DNA of 44,174 nucleotides from Scyliorhinus canicula. Taxonomy: Eukaryota. The position numbers and the translations under genes are program-made. Numbering within the stretch: the first letter of the stretch is position 1; every line of letters begins with the position of its first letter. Below are positions 33,675-44,174 of the stretch, one piece after another. The stretch lies in contig NC_052158.1 of assembly GCF_902713615.1 (NCBI RefSeq), forward strand, positions 23,948,372 through 23,992,545. Reading direction: 5' to 3'. A model generated the notes under the pieces. The model did no database searches, was not told the DNA's origin, and saw nothing but the letters and a program-made list of their open reading frames with translations.

Positions 33675-35557
33675 ATGGAAGCGAATTTAACGAACTTCAT
33701 TGAATGGCTCCCAATCATTTTCATTTCCTTACGTTTATTTCGGAGGAGATGAGGATTGTTTGAATTTATGCACCTCAATCACACATGACAAATTAAGACG
33801 ACGGAACAGTCTGTTAACATCGCGGATCACTTTCGATTTATACATTGATTTGAAGCTGCGAAAGTGAATATCTCTGCAAAAGGAGACACACGTATGTTGT
33901 TGCACGTAATATCGGAATAATAATAGTGAAATAACGTGTAAAATGAGATTGAATCATTCAAATGTATAAATCAGCCACTCCATGCTTGATGCATTCCACT
34001 TACTGAGCGAGGTTCTGGGTGGGGCCGGATTGCAGGTGGTGTTACAGGAACATTATAATATGTATCTGGTCACGGAAATGTGGCCGGAGGTCTGGATCGC
34101 TTACATTTTGAGAATCGACCGGGGAAAATTATCACTTTGTGAAACATACATTTTGAAGCTAAACACAACAGATAGTTATAATCGTCTCGAATAATCCTAT
34201 GAATATAATTAATGAATTGATTCATCCACTGCAGCAGATGCCGGAATTGGAAATCGACCTCTGAATCGCCAAACATTCCTTTCCCTGCCAAAAAGCTTTG
34301 AGCACAGTGATAATACATTTTCAAGCTGTCTGCATTAGTGCATGTAATATCCTTCTTGAAGCTCGAACAGAACCAAAGAGAAAAATGCTGAAACGCAGCC
34401 CACCCTTGTCCCTTTGAGTCAGAAACAGGGGTTCGATGGTGACTTTATTACTTTCTGGTTCTTTGGATCCTTAAAGGGTTGCAAGCTACAAGGTGAGATC
34501 AATACATTCTGCTGCTTTTGTGAGAGATGACTCGCGACACGGTAGAATAGAGTGATTGTTTCGAATTTTGTGTTTTGGCTGCGATTGGAAACTACATTTT
34601 GGGGATGAAATCAGTGGAGTGGAGTTTTGGTAAATCTCAGGCTATTATAAGGCAGTTGTTGGTCATGATGCAGTGTGAGACATTGGCATAATCTATCCAT
34701 GGTCACCAGTAGATGCCAATTCACCTCTAAAAGAATAGTAAATTGGATCAACGCCAGGACGCAATGGCAACGTCTTCCATCGTCAATGTCGTTTGGAGCA
34801 ACGTGCTCGAACTTTTCTAAACATCCTCGCACTTCCAAAAGCTCAACCAAAATGACAAGTGCATAAGATGCACAGAAGACCAGGATGTGCAAGACGCACT
34901 CAAAACTGTTCGCCATTCTGTTTGAGAAAATAGCAGGAACTGCTTATTGTTACTGAATGAAAAACCTTGAACAGATGGGATAGCACAGTACGCTCGGTAT
35001 ATTCAAAACAGGGACGGAACTTATGACTTGAAGCGATCAGCACAATTTGTGCAGATCACTTTAAGAAGAAGCCTTTACGTTTCCCTTCGGTAAAGACGGT
35101 TGAATCCATAAATAGAAATGGAAAACTAAGGGTATGTACTTAATTAAGCACTTGATCAAGTACAAACCAATATATTTAAACAGAAATATAACAGTTTGGT
35201 CTTTAATTCTGGAAATTTAAGAAGTTTATTTGCTCAAATTACAGGAGGCAGAGTCTATTTATCAATGAACTGCATCTGACAACACTGAAGTGTAAGATGT
35301 ATTTTCCGAGATATACAACCATTAGATCTGTGAATTGCCAGTCCAACATTCAGCCAACCCGAACATCCCACCGCACGTCCCCATGCAAGCATTTTAACAC
35401 TTATGCACGCTCACCAGCTTCCAAACCCAAGACGCTAATTTTAGATGTGGCTGACATTTATGTTTTATTTATTTCGGTCAAGAGTGTTAGAATTGCAATA
35501 ACCCGTACAGCAGGTGTAGGCTAAGTAACCAATTTGTGCAGCTTCCCTACTTAATTG

Positions 35558-35671
35558 GCGTGGAGATGCCGGCGTTGGACTGGGGTGAGCACAGTAAGAA
35601 GTCTTACAACACCAGGTAAACTCCAACAGGTTCTGTTGGACTTTAACCCGGTGTTGTAAGACTTCTCACTG
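35558..35671. mobile_element. Second palindromic mini-Penelope with 10-bp TSD
   Basis: 34-bp tail 35558-35591, imperfect arms 35592-35629 and 35633-35671. TSD TACTTAATTG at 35548-35557 and 35672-35681. Confidence 0.92.
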
Positions 35672-36691
35672 TACTTAATTGACAATTAGGAACTCAAACT
35701 TCACGGCACCTGCCATTTTAAGATTGAGCCTGCTCGCAGGTTGGTCCACTTCATAGTTCTACCGAAACGTGTTTGAGAAAAATAACTTGACCTTCCAGTT
35801 AAGCTTTCTCCAGCTTCCTAGACTCAACATTGATTTCAGCTATTTCAGACCTTGGTCTGAGCTCCATTGTGTTTCTTTGATTTTTTTTTTCTTAGTCAGA
35901 ACCATACATGTACTCGGCGCCTCATTTGGTTCGTCATTTCTGTTCTTGCCCAATAACGATTCTAATTGTCCTTGGAAGCCAGATGTTCTGAGATCGACAA
36001 TCTGTTTACTTTTACGCGACAATGAATGTTTCTTCTGTCCCTGTCAAAGTCCGCTCTTGCTGAAAAGCTATTCAATCGCGATATATTTCCAAGTTCAAGC
36101 AACAGGGGCCTGAACATTCAAGATAATTGTTAAAAATGCCGATGGTAAATTAAGAAACATATCTTGACAAAAAGATTACGAAAGCATGGCATCAAAATGT
36201 GTTTAACGCAAAGACGAACATGCAAAGGGGCCCAAATTTCAGAGTTGAAAAAAAACATACTTGTTGGTAAAACAATGGATCAGAATGATAGGTCAAACAG
36301 TTATTTGTGAATTGCACAATGGAGTGAATGACCTCCCATTTTGTACATAATTAAAAGCCAGGACGTCCCCAGTCTCTCTATGGGTCAGCTTAATTTCGTC
36401 CAAATATTTGGTTTTATTGCTGGCACAGTTAGTGAAATGAAAATAAATTTGCACAGGAGTGCTTTTCAAGGTCACCAAGGATGAGTTGAATAACGTTATA
36501 CTTAGCTAAAATGAAGAAAAAACAAAAACACTGATGAATTGACTTGTGATCTTCACAACGTAGAACTTAGAAAAAATAGATTTCATAAACGTTCTCGGTG
36601 AAAAAATACAACTAAGGAGAGGTGATCAATGTCTGCTAGTTATTCTTAAACAGGAAAATAGGAAAACAATTTTAGAAATGTTGCTGATAAT

Positions 36692-37638
36692 TGTAGCCAC
36701 CGAAGTTGGCCATTTCCATGAATAGAAAATGGAGGAATGCAAAGCATATAGGATAAAATGGACAATGTTTGCAGCGCCAGCAGGCTGCACCTAGCAGGTG
36801 TGGATTCTGACTGCTAAGAAAGCACACATCACCGAAACGAACATTCCGCATACTAATGAGGCAATCACCGGGATAATTAGCATGCTAATGGAACGTTTTC
36901 AGATACAATGGACACAAATGGGGAAGCAACTGCAACATTGTAAAGGATACCAGACACTCGTGCACCAACAGGGTTCGAAAACAAAGAGCCTGAGAGCCCG
37001 CCCAGTGGCTAAGGAACAGCCTCAGTATTGGGGGATTCAAACATATCGATTGGGAAGAGACCCAATCGATTCCAAGCAGGTAAGGGAGTCCGCCCAAAGG
37101 GGTGCGGATCCCTGGGACCTATAAAAGACAGGTCCCAAACAAGGTTCAGTCTTCTTGTCCAGCCCTCCTCTCTCTTTGACCAGCACTCTTCCGTGGACCA
37201 GCACCTCGACCAGCTTTTGCCAAGAAGACCCTGAAGGAGAGAGAGAGAGAATCGGACAGCAGCCGCCAGCAAGTAAGTGTTTCACAACGATCGCTACCAG
37301 CGATAGACACTCCTGACCCCTTTTAACTTATACCAACCTGAAGTTTGCAGAGCAGAGCAAGAGGCCTTGTTCCCTGACCCGGCAGTTCCTTCGAGATAAG
37401 TATTAGTTTATTTAGCGGTAGGAATAGCTTAATCCTTTTAGCGTGTGCATGGGTAGTTATTATAATTGTATTATAATAATCTCAGTTGTTTGAACTTACT
37501 AATTGGTGTATGGTTTTATTGCTTTGAACTTCACGTTGAACTTGTGGCTGTATCTTAACGATACCTGGCGACTCCAGAGCTAAGTAAAGAAACAGAGCCA
37601 AATTGAATGTTAAGCACACTCACCCAAAACGACCAACA
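36692..37638 (+). mobile_element. Solo LTR (947 bp) with 4-bp TSD
   Basis: TGT...ACA termini; TAAT at 36688-36691 and 37639-37642; CCAAT 37062, CCGCCC 37090, TATAAAA 37120-37126; no adjacent PBS or PPT. Confidence 0.88.
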
Positions 37639-37669
37639 TAATCTACAAGCGAAGAATAAGGAAGGTAAT

Positions 37670-37982
37670 TTATTCACGGAATACCAACCGTGCAGAAAGA
37701 GGCCATTTGACCCGTCGACTCTGCACCAATCCTCTGAAAGGACAACCTTATCTCGGCCCATTCCCTCACAACCCTACCTAATATTTTAACACGAAAGGAT
37801 AATTCGCTTTATCAATCCACATAACATGCAGATCAACTGTGCTGCGGGAGGAAAAACGAGCACCCAGAGGAAACTCACAGAGACGTAGGTAGAATGTATA
37901 AACTCCGCACAGACAGACACCAGACGGAATTTACCCCTTATCACTGGCGTTGTGAGGCAGCTGTGCTAACCACAGTGCCGTC
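37670..37982 (-). mobile_element. Degenerate HE1-type SINE
   Basis: GTGCAGAAAGAGGCCATTTGACCCGTCGACTCTGCACC tail; GAGCACCCAGAGGAAACTCAC; GTGAGGCAGCTGTGCTAACCAC head. Confidence 0.87.
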
Positions 37983-39289
37983 GTAATGCTGAATTTATCC
38001 GGAAACATTGTTGCGTACTCATCACACCTGGGAATGACATAAACAAAAGGTTTCAGATTGCACTGACTTTACATGACAATGATTTTGCACTATTGGCAAC
38101 TAATCATGAGGTAAGTAACTTTATGATTAATAGAAGTACGAGGTACATTTTATTTTGACACAAGGAGGGTCTTTGGAATAACGGTCAACTCTTCGCAACT
38201 GAAACAACTAACAACTTCTATTAATGCCATTCGAAAGAAAATAAGTAAAATACGCGAGACTGAAATAAATAAAAGAAATAAAACATAAACAAAAGATTTA
38301 AATAAAAGTAAGCGAGACTGATTACGATATCTAAGGTATGGTAATTTCCTTTCAAAATTCTGAGCAGAACTTTCCGTCGAAGATAAAAAATTTTGCCGAT
38401 CTTCGATCATTATTTGGAAGCTACTGCTTGGAATCCTGTGTCAACTGACACAATTGCAACTCTCTAAAGCCTGCCGCAATCTTCCAGATACAATTCAGGA
38501 CCGTGAAGGAATGCAAGTAAATGTCCTGGATGAGTACAATGTTTCTCTGGAAGCTTGAGACCACCAAGGGCACTGTAGCCTGAGTGCTTCGCGCTTTATC
38601 CACAAAAAAAGTGTTATATGCTCTACCGAGGAGCAGTGGAACTATTTAGATGGACATTGGTAGCAGTCACGTTGACATAATCACCTGTAAATTACGTTTT
38701 AGTCAGTCAGAATCCTGACCTGCAACTTCACTGACGTTCCGTCACCGTGGATCGTTAAATAAAAACATGCAACAATCCATCCAAACACATTCTGGAATGT
38801 AACTCACTGCCAGATTCTCATAAGCAAATAGATACCAGAAATAAATCCTAGTCGAGCAAGTGATGTCAAATTAATGCACATTAATAAACTTTAAAAAAAG
38901 ATGTGCCATAATGTTGAGTGGTGGAGAAAGTTACAGGATTCACACAGTGACGATGGTGGAACAACAATGCATTTTCCAGTCAAACTGTAAATGGGAAGAC
39001 AAAATTCACATGGTTCAGGTCCAACGCGGATGTACCTTTTCTTCATCCTGCAAATGCGAGCAGTTCCCAAGTTGATTTTGAAACAAGCTGTGATAATCAA
39101 TCTTCTGGATCTTTCCTTTTTTATGCAACGCTTTGAAGAATGCAAATCAGTCAGTCGTTTCAGGTTTTGGTTTGGGATCATCCCGAGTTAAATGTTGTGC
39201 ACGGCTTGCAGCATGAGGCTGTAACCGTGTCTCGTGTCTCTGTCCTTATTTATTGGCGCATTTGGGACCGCAGTGTGGAGCCATCCACA

Positions 39290-42080
39290 TCCCCCCCCCC
39301 CAATCCATCACCGCTTCCCAAGGACCTACTGGCTGTTGGTGCAAACAGGTACTGGACTATTTTCTTAAATCAGTTAAGTCCCCTTCCAACGAGCAGCATT
39401 GAGTTGTGCTGCTGATCGCCATTCGAAAATGATTCTTTGGCGTGCGGTAATGGAGTAAAGGGCAATGATATCGATCTCCCTGCCCACGAAAAGTCTTGGC
39501 AGGTCTCAGACCACGAACTCTGCCACTTTCGAGCTTTGCTGCACCCTCACCCCCACAACATTAGTCATTGCTTCAAAAAAGGCTCTCCAAAATCTAACAT
39601 GTCTGAAGCGTGTCCAGAATATATTGGTGTGGTTGGCAGGGCCTGTCTGGTACAATTTACATTTGTTCTTCACCTCCTAAAACAACCTACTCATTCGGCA
39701 TCTATTTAGGTGCGCTCTGTGCATTTTCGCATGTGGTGCTGGTGTTTCCCTGTTCACTGCATCACTCCAGAGTCCACACCCTATTTCTGTCGCTCCACCT
39801 TACATTTTTACCACGTCTTTTTCAGCGAGGAGCGTGCCTCCACTGATGGGCGCCAATAAAGGCTCCTGCAGTTACCCTCGCCGACGTCGCCAACGTCCAA
39901 TACTTCCTCTAACACTGAGTGTCTTGGGTCGGTGGGAAGGATGCTGTCTCCTTACTGAGAATTATTTTTACTTGTATGTGTCGCAATTCACTCTGGTGCT
40001 GCAGTTGCATCCTTTCTGTCAGTTTCTCAACGTCGCCAGTTTATTGTCCGTGCAAACGATCCAACTGTCAACGTCCCTCCGTCCTATCTATACATCTGAA
40101 GGTTTCATCTCAGTTCTATGTAGATCTGGTGTCTCTCTAGTACAAGTGGGCTTGTTCAGTATTTGGCTGGCGAGATGGGAGTACAGCTGCGTTGAGGGAT
40201 AGGAGAGGCATCCCTATACAGGAACTCTCTTCTATCCTAACCCATTCTACATCTCGTTCTTTCACCCACTGGTTGTATTGTTGGTTTGTCAGGGAGGGGG
40301 ACAGCTCCAGCATCCTTTCTTTCTTTTTTGATCCTTTTTGATCGCCATGCGCAGCAATTAACGCCATGATAAATGTGTCACCTGTGTTAACGTACGCCCT
40401 GGATATGTCGTTCGGTACTGATCAGAATAGGGTGAGGAACGAGACAGCACGTCCATCATGATCATCTGCAGTCTCCCCGCCAGGGAGATATGGAGTGTGC
40501 ATATAACTGCAGCTCCTTATCGACTTCCTACGCCAGGCTGATCAGGTTTCATTTGTAGATCCGTGTCTCGCCATGGGCAATTTGGATCCCCAAGGAGTGG
40601 ACTTTACTTTCGCCGCGCTTGAAGGGCTGTCCGTCCCGCCCTCTTCCTCTCTCCCTTTCGGTTTCACCAGGCCAATTTCACTCTTGCTCATGTTAAGTTT
40701 GTCCCCCGAGACATTCAGAAGCACGATGATCGCTTCCATGTTGCTTTGTGGGTCGCGAACATAGAGAAGTAGATCACCTGCATACAGCGAAACTGTATGC
40801 TCTCTGTGCCCTCTCTGGATCTCCTTCGAATGTTTCGCCGTATTGAGTGTGATCGGCGGTGGCTCAATTGCCAGGGAGAATTTAGCAGGAAAAGGGGGCA
40901 TCAACTTGTGCAGCTGTAAGTAATTACAGCTGGTATCGTTGGTCTGTTCGCTCGACATGATGACGTTGTCCAGCAGTCTTACCTAGTAGTTGAGCCCTGT
41001 GCCCTGCCCAAGCTGTTCTAAGCACCTCAATTAAGTACTTCCACTTTATTCTGTCAAAGGCCTTTCTGCGTCTAGGGAGGTGATCTCTGACTGCGTTGCA
41101 ACACCGTAAGAACACATGACATATGAACAGATTTCGGCCACTCGGCCCATCGAGTCTGCAACGCCATTCAATCATGGCTAAACATTTTCGTCCCCACTCT
41201 CCTGTATTCACCCATAACCCCTGATCCCTTTATTAATGAAGACGCTATCTATCTCTGAAAAAACACTCTACCCATTTGGAGTCACTATCTAGTTCAGAAA
41301 GCGCCAGGAGAGTGTTCCTCGTGTCGACCATTGAGCAGGCACATCGGGTCTAGGATACCACGTCTGGTACCCTGTTCTCCAGTCGACTGGCCTGGATTTT
41401 TGCCAGTAGTGCCACGCTACATTGAGCAGCGAGCTGGCTCTGGATGATCCACATACGATCGGTCTTTGTCTTTCTTGGGTATCAGCGCGATAGTGGTTTG
41501 TGCTCGTGTGGCAGGCAGTGTGAACCTTTCTCGTGAATCTGCAAATATCGTGAACAAATGCAGGGCAAGTGCTGCCACGAATGGTTTGCAGAAGTATTTC
41601 AGAAACCTGTCCGGTTCCAAAGCCTTCACCGGTTCTATGGAATTAATGCTGTCAATAACTTCTCCCAGTTCCAGTGGAGCCTCCAGCACCTCCCCCACGG
41701 CTCGCATGTCCAATCCATCGAGAACATGTTTTATCCCGTGCCCATTTCTGGACTTCAGAGGTGGCAGTCTTTGTTAAAAGGCCTTTAATGCTTCATAGAC
41801 ACTTTCAGCTATAAGTCTGCCGTTGTTGCCACTAACCTGCGCTATTTGATTCGTGCATGCCTGCTTTCTCAGCAAGTGAGCCAGCATGTAACTGGCTTTC
41901 TCTCCGTGCTCAAAAAATTCCCCATTGTCAGGAGTATTGGTGCACTGCTTTTCTGGTGACATCAATTCAAGACTATATGTAACGTTTTATTCTCCGCCAG
42001 AAGCACTACAAACGGGGCCTCGGAGTATCACTGTTCCTCTTACAGCACGGAATTTACCAGTTGTTGCCAGCCACCCTCAC
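39290..42080 (-). mobile_element. Decayed L1/Tx1-clade LINE ORF2
   Basis: FFEHGEKASYMLAHLLRKQ (41774-41965), EAPLELGEVIDSINS...TTIALIPKKDKD (41417-41713), KAFDRIKWKYL (40924-41211), FSLAIEP...VSLYAGDLLLYV (40542-40958, decayed YADD). Confidence 0.9.
41107..41257 (-). mobile_element. CR1 3'-end fragment nested in the L1
   Basis: GGCCACTCGGCCCATCGAGTCTGCAACGCCATTCAATCATGG matches the CR1 end at 18977-19100. Confidence 0.85.
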
Positions 42081-42194
42081 TTCTCCGAATTCACGGGTTG
42101 TGCAAGATATAATCTCTCATCTGATCACACATTTTGAGGAATTGAACAGAAAGGCATGATGGATAGTTCGGCCAAGTGAGGAGTAACATTTTAC

Positions 42195-44174
42195 TGCAGT
42201 GGAATAAGGAGTTTTTTGGTTAGTTAACTTTTAAACATCAACTGGGATTCAAGGCAGGACGAGGGAGATGGGTAGCCTCTAGGACCATTTATTTGTTGCC
42301 AGGGACACTGGGAAAATGGGCCTCAGGCCAGGTAAAGGCATGTGGGGAAAACCTATGGGAGCTTTGCATTTACACCGTCGCCTTATTTGGTCGTATGCAT
42401 GTGACACTTGATGCAACTTGAAAGTATATGAAATGAGATGTTTTGTCCCTTTGTCTGCACTCTGGCTGTTGAAGATTCTGGAGACTGTGATTGTGTCCTG
42501 ATTTCCCAACAGAGTGAGTCACCTCAGCTAGCTAGTTAAAATAAACAATAATTGATAACATCAAATCCGTCTCAAATTTTATTGAGCCCAGACTTGCTAC
42601 CGTGGGCAGCACGGTAGCATTGTGGATAGCACAATGGCTTCACAGCTCCAGGGTCCCAGGTTCGATTCCCGGCTTGGGTCACTGTCTGTGCGGAGTCTGC
42701 ACATCCTCCCTGTGTGTGCGTGGATTTCCACCGGGTGCTCCGGTTTCCTCCCACAGTCCAAAGATGTGCAAGTTAGGTGGATTGGCCATGATAAATTGCC
42801 CTTAGTGTCCAGAATTGCCCTTAGTATTGGGTGGGGTTACTGGGTTATTGGAATAGGGGCAGGTGTTGACCTTGGGTAGGGTGCTCATTCCATGAGCCGG
42901 TGAAGACTCGATCGGCCGAATGGTCTCCTTCTGCGCTGTAAATTATATGTCTAAAAGAATCAGGATTGACATTTGGTGCCGAAATCCAGGCTTTCTCCAG
43001 ACGATCAGCTCTCATCTGCGAAATCAGATTTGGACTGAACTAGGACGGGGAAAGAGGAAATGGGTGCACGATATGAGTAGCTGAAAAATTACCGTGTCGA
43101 TTTTCCTCTCTCTCGTATTCTGATTACAGTCTAAAAACGCACATTTGATCAGGTCAATCTAAGATAGTATCGACGAAATCAAAGGTCAATCTGGCGGATT
43201 AGAGAATTAATTTCAGTCGATTCAGGTTTGGCTGAGGGGTTGAACACAATTGAGTGAAGACGGAGTAGCAATTCAGCTGGTGACTGATGGACTGTTGCCT
43301 AGTAAGTCAGTTGCATGTGAGTTGAAAATTAAAATTGGTTATAGTAAATTACACTTTAATTCGGTTAAGGTCTTTAATTGATTGATGGAATGGCACAGAG
43401 ACATTCCAGTTAAGACTGCTGTTGGAATGTTCTGGAGACAATTCAATTCCGTACAATTAGAATTGGCTAAGTTAAAATTTATTGTTGGGAGATATGTCTT
43501 TTGAGTGAAACAAAGAATTGGGAGATGAATGGCCACGAGGGGGGACCAGAGACTTCCGACGTTTAGAACTGTACCGGAAAGTGGAGCTCTCAGGATTTGG
43601 TAAAATTATATTTTGGTTTCTTTGAAAATTCAAACTTTTATTGTTCGGTTGGTTGAGATGAATGAAAATATAATGATTTGAATTATTTTTGTTTGAATGG
43701 AGATTTCCAACGAATGAATGAGTCCGTTTAATAAGAATTTGTGAACATCCTCTGGTATTCCTAGTTTTTAAAATGTTCTGATTTGCAAAACGAAGTTGCA
43801 CATTAATTAGCAGGTCTCCTCGGCCGTTAAAGAGAGATTTAAAACGGGGTAAGTATTTAGAAAGATCTTTAGAAAATCAGTAATAATGATTAACATTGTG
43901 GGAGTTAATTAGAACATAATTCTCAGGAAGAAAACAAAAAGGAAAATCTAAATGTATAAATTGGGAGTTGTAAATGATTAGTTTCAACTCGGCATATTCT
44001 TCGCTGCTAAAAAAATAGAAATAAAAGAACAAAGGAATCTAAATTAAAATGTGAAGACTATGCATTCGGCGTGCGCCATGTGCTCCTTTGTTAGAGGCAG
44101 CCACGATGTACCTACAATTAAAATGTTTGTTCGGCGTGTTCCAAATTTGTATAGATTACAGTATTTCCTCTGGA
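42195..44174 (+). mobile_element. 5' LTR + tRNA-Phe PBS + leader of an ERV/LTR element running off the window
   Basis: Putative LTR TG(42195)...CA(42971) with AATAAA near 42540, then TT and TGGTGCCGAAATCCAGG at 42974-42990, close to the complement of the tRNA-Phe 3' end (TGGTGCCGAAACCCGGG). No gag ORF visible. Confidence 0.72.
42604..42950 (+). mobile_element. HE1-type V-SINE inserted in the LTR
   Basis: GGGCAGCACGGTAGCATTGTGGATAGC head, GGTTCGATTCC B box, V-domain, CCTTCTGCGCTGTAAAT tail. Confidence 0.95.

Noticed and set aside
15065-38970. V(D)J recombination signals at CACAGTG heptamers (about 15065, 34303, 38943)
   Set aside because: No adequate ACAAAAACC nonamer at 12 or 23 bp spacing and no adjacent V, D or J segments.
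11835-42879. Recurrent ORFs such as MVVSINASQLQGPRFDSRLGHCLCGVCTSS
   Set aside because: Translations of HE1-type SINEs, not a protein family.

Overview
Eukaryotic, repeat-dominated vertebrate DNA. The repeat families (HE1-type V-SINEs, CR1 LINEs, Penelope-like elements) point to a cartilaginous fish, probably a shark; this is inference from family recognition. I find no intact long protein-coding gene, and almost every ORF in the track is a transposon remnant or noise. Mobile elements: four CR1 remnants, a near full-length Penelope-like element (RT + GIY-YIG, with a pseudo-LTR), two palindromic mini-Penelope insertions with TSDs (one keeps a minimal hammerhead core), an internally deleted Gypsy element, a solo LTR, a 5' LTR with a tRNA-Phe PBS, a decayed L1/Tx1, and about 20 tRNA-derived SINEs. 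The main structure the repeats do not explain: (1) + strand candidate microexons (12-36 nt) whose only shared open frame is phase 1, plus two candidate terminal exons with ITIM motifs (LHYASI, LIYSAL) and a frameshifted TM-like exon, suggesting the tail region of an unannotated immune-receptor-like gene, pseudogene or cluster; (2) three local inverted copies of similar size (128-137 bp). Repeat boundaries without TSDs are approximate.
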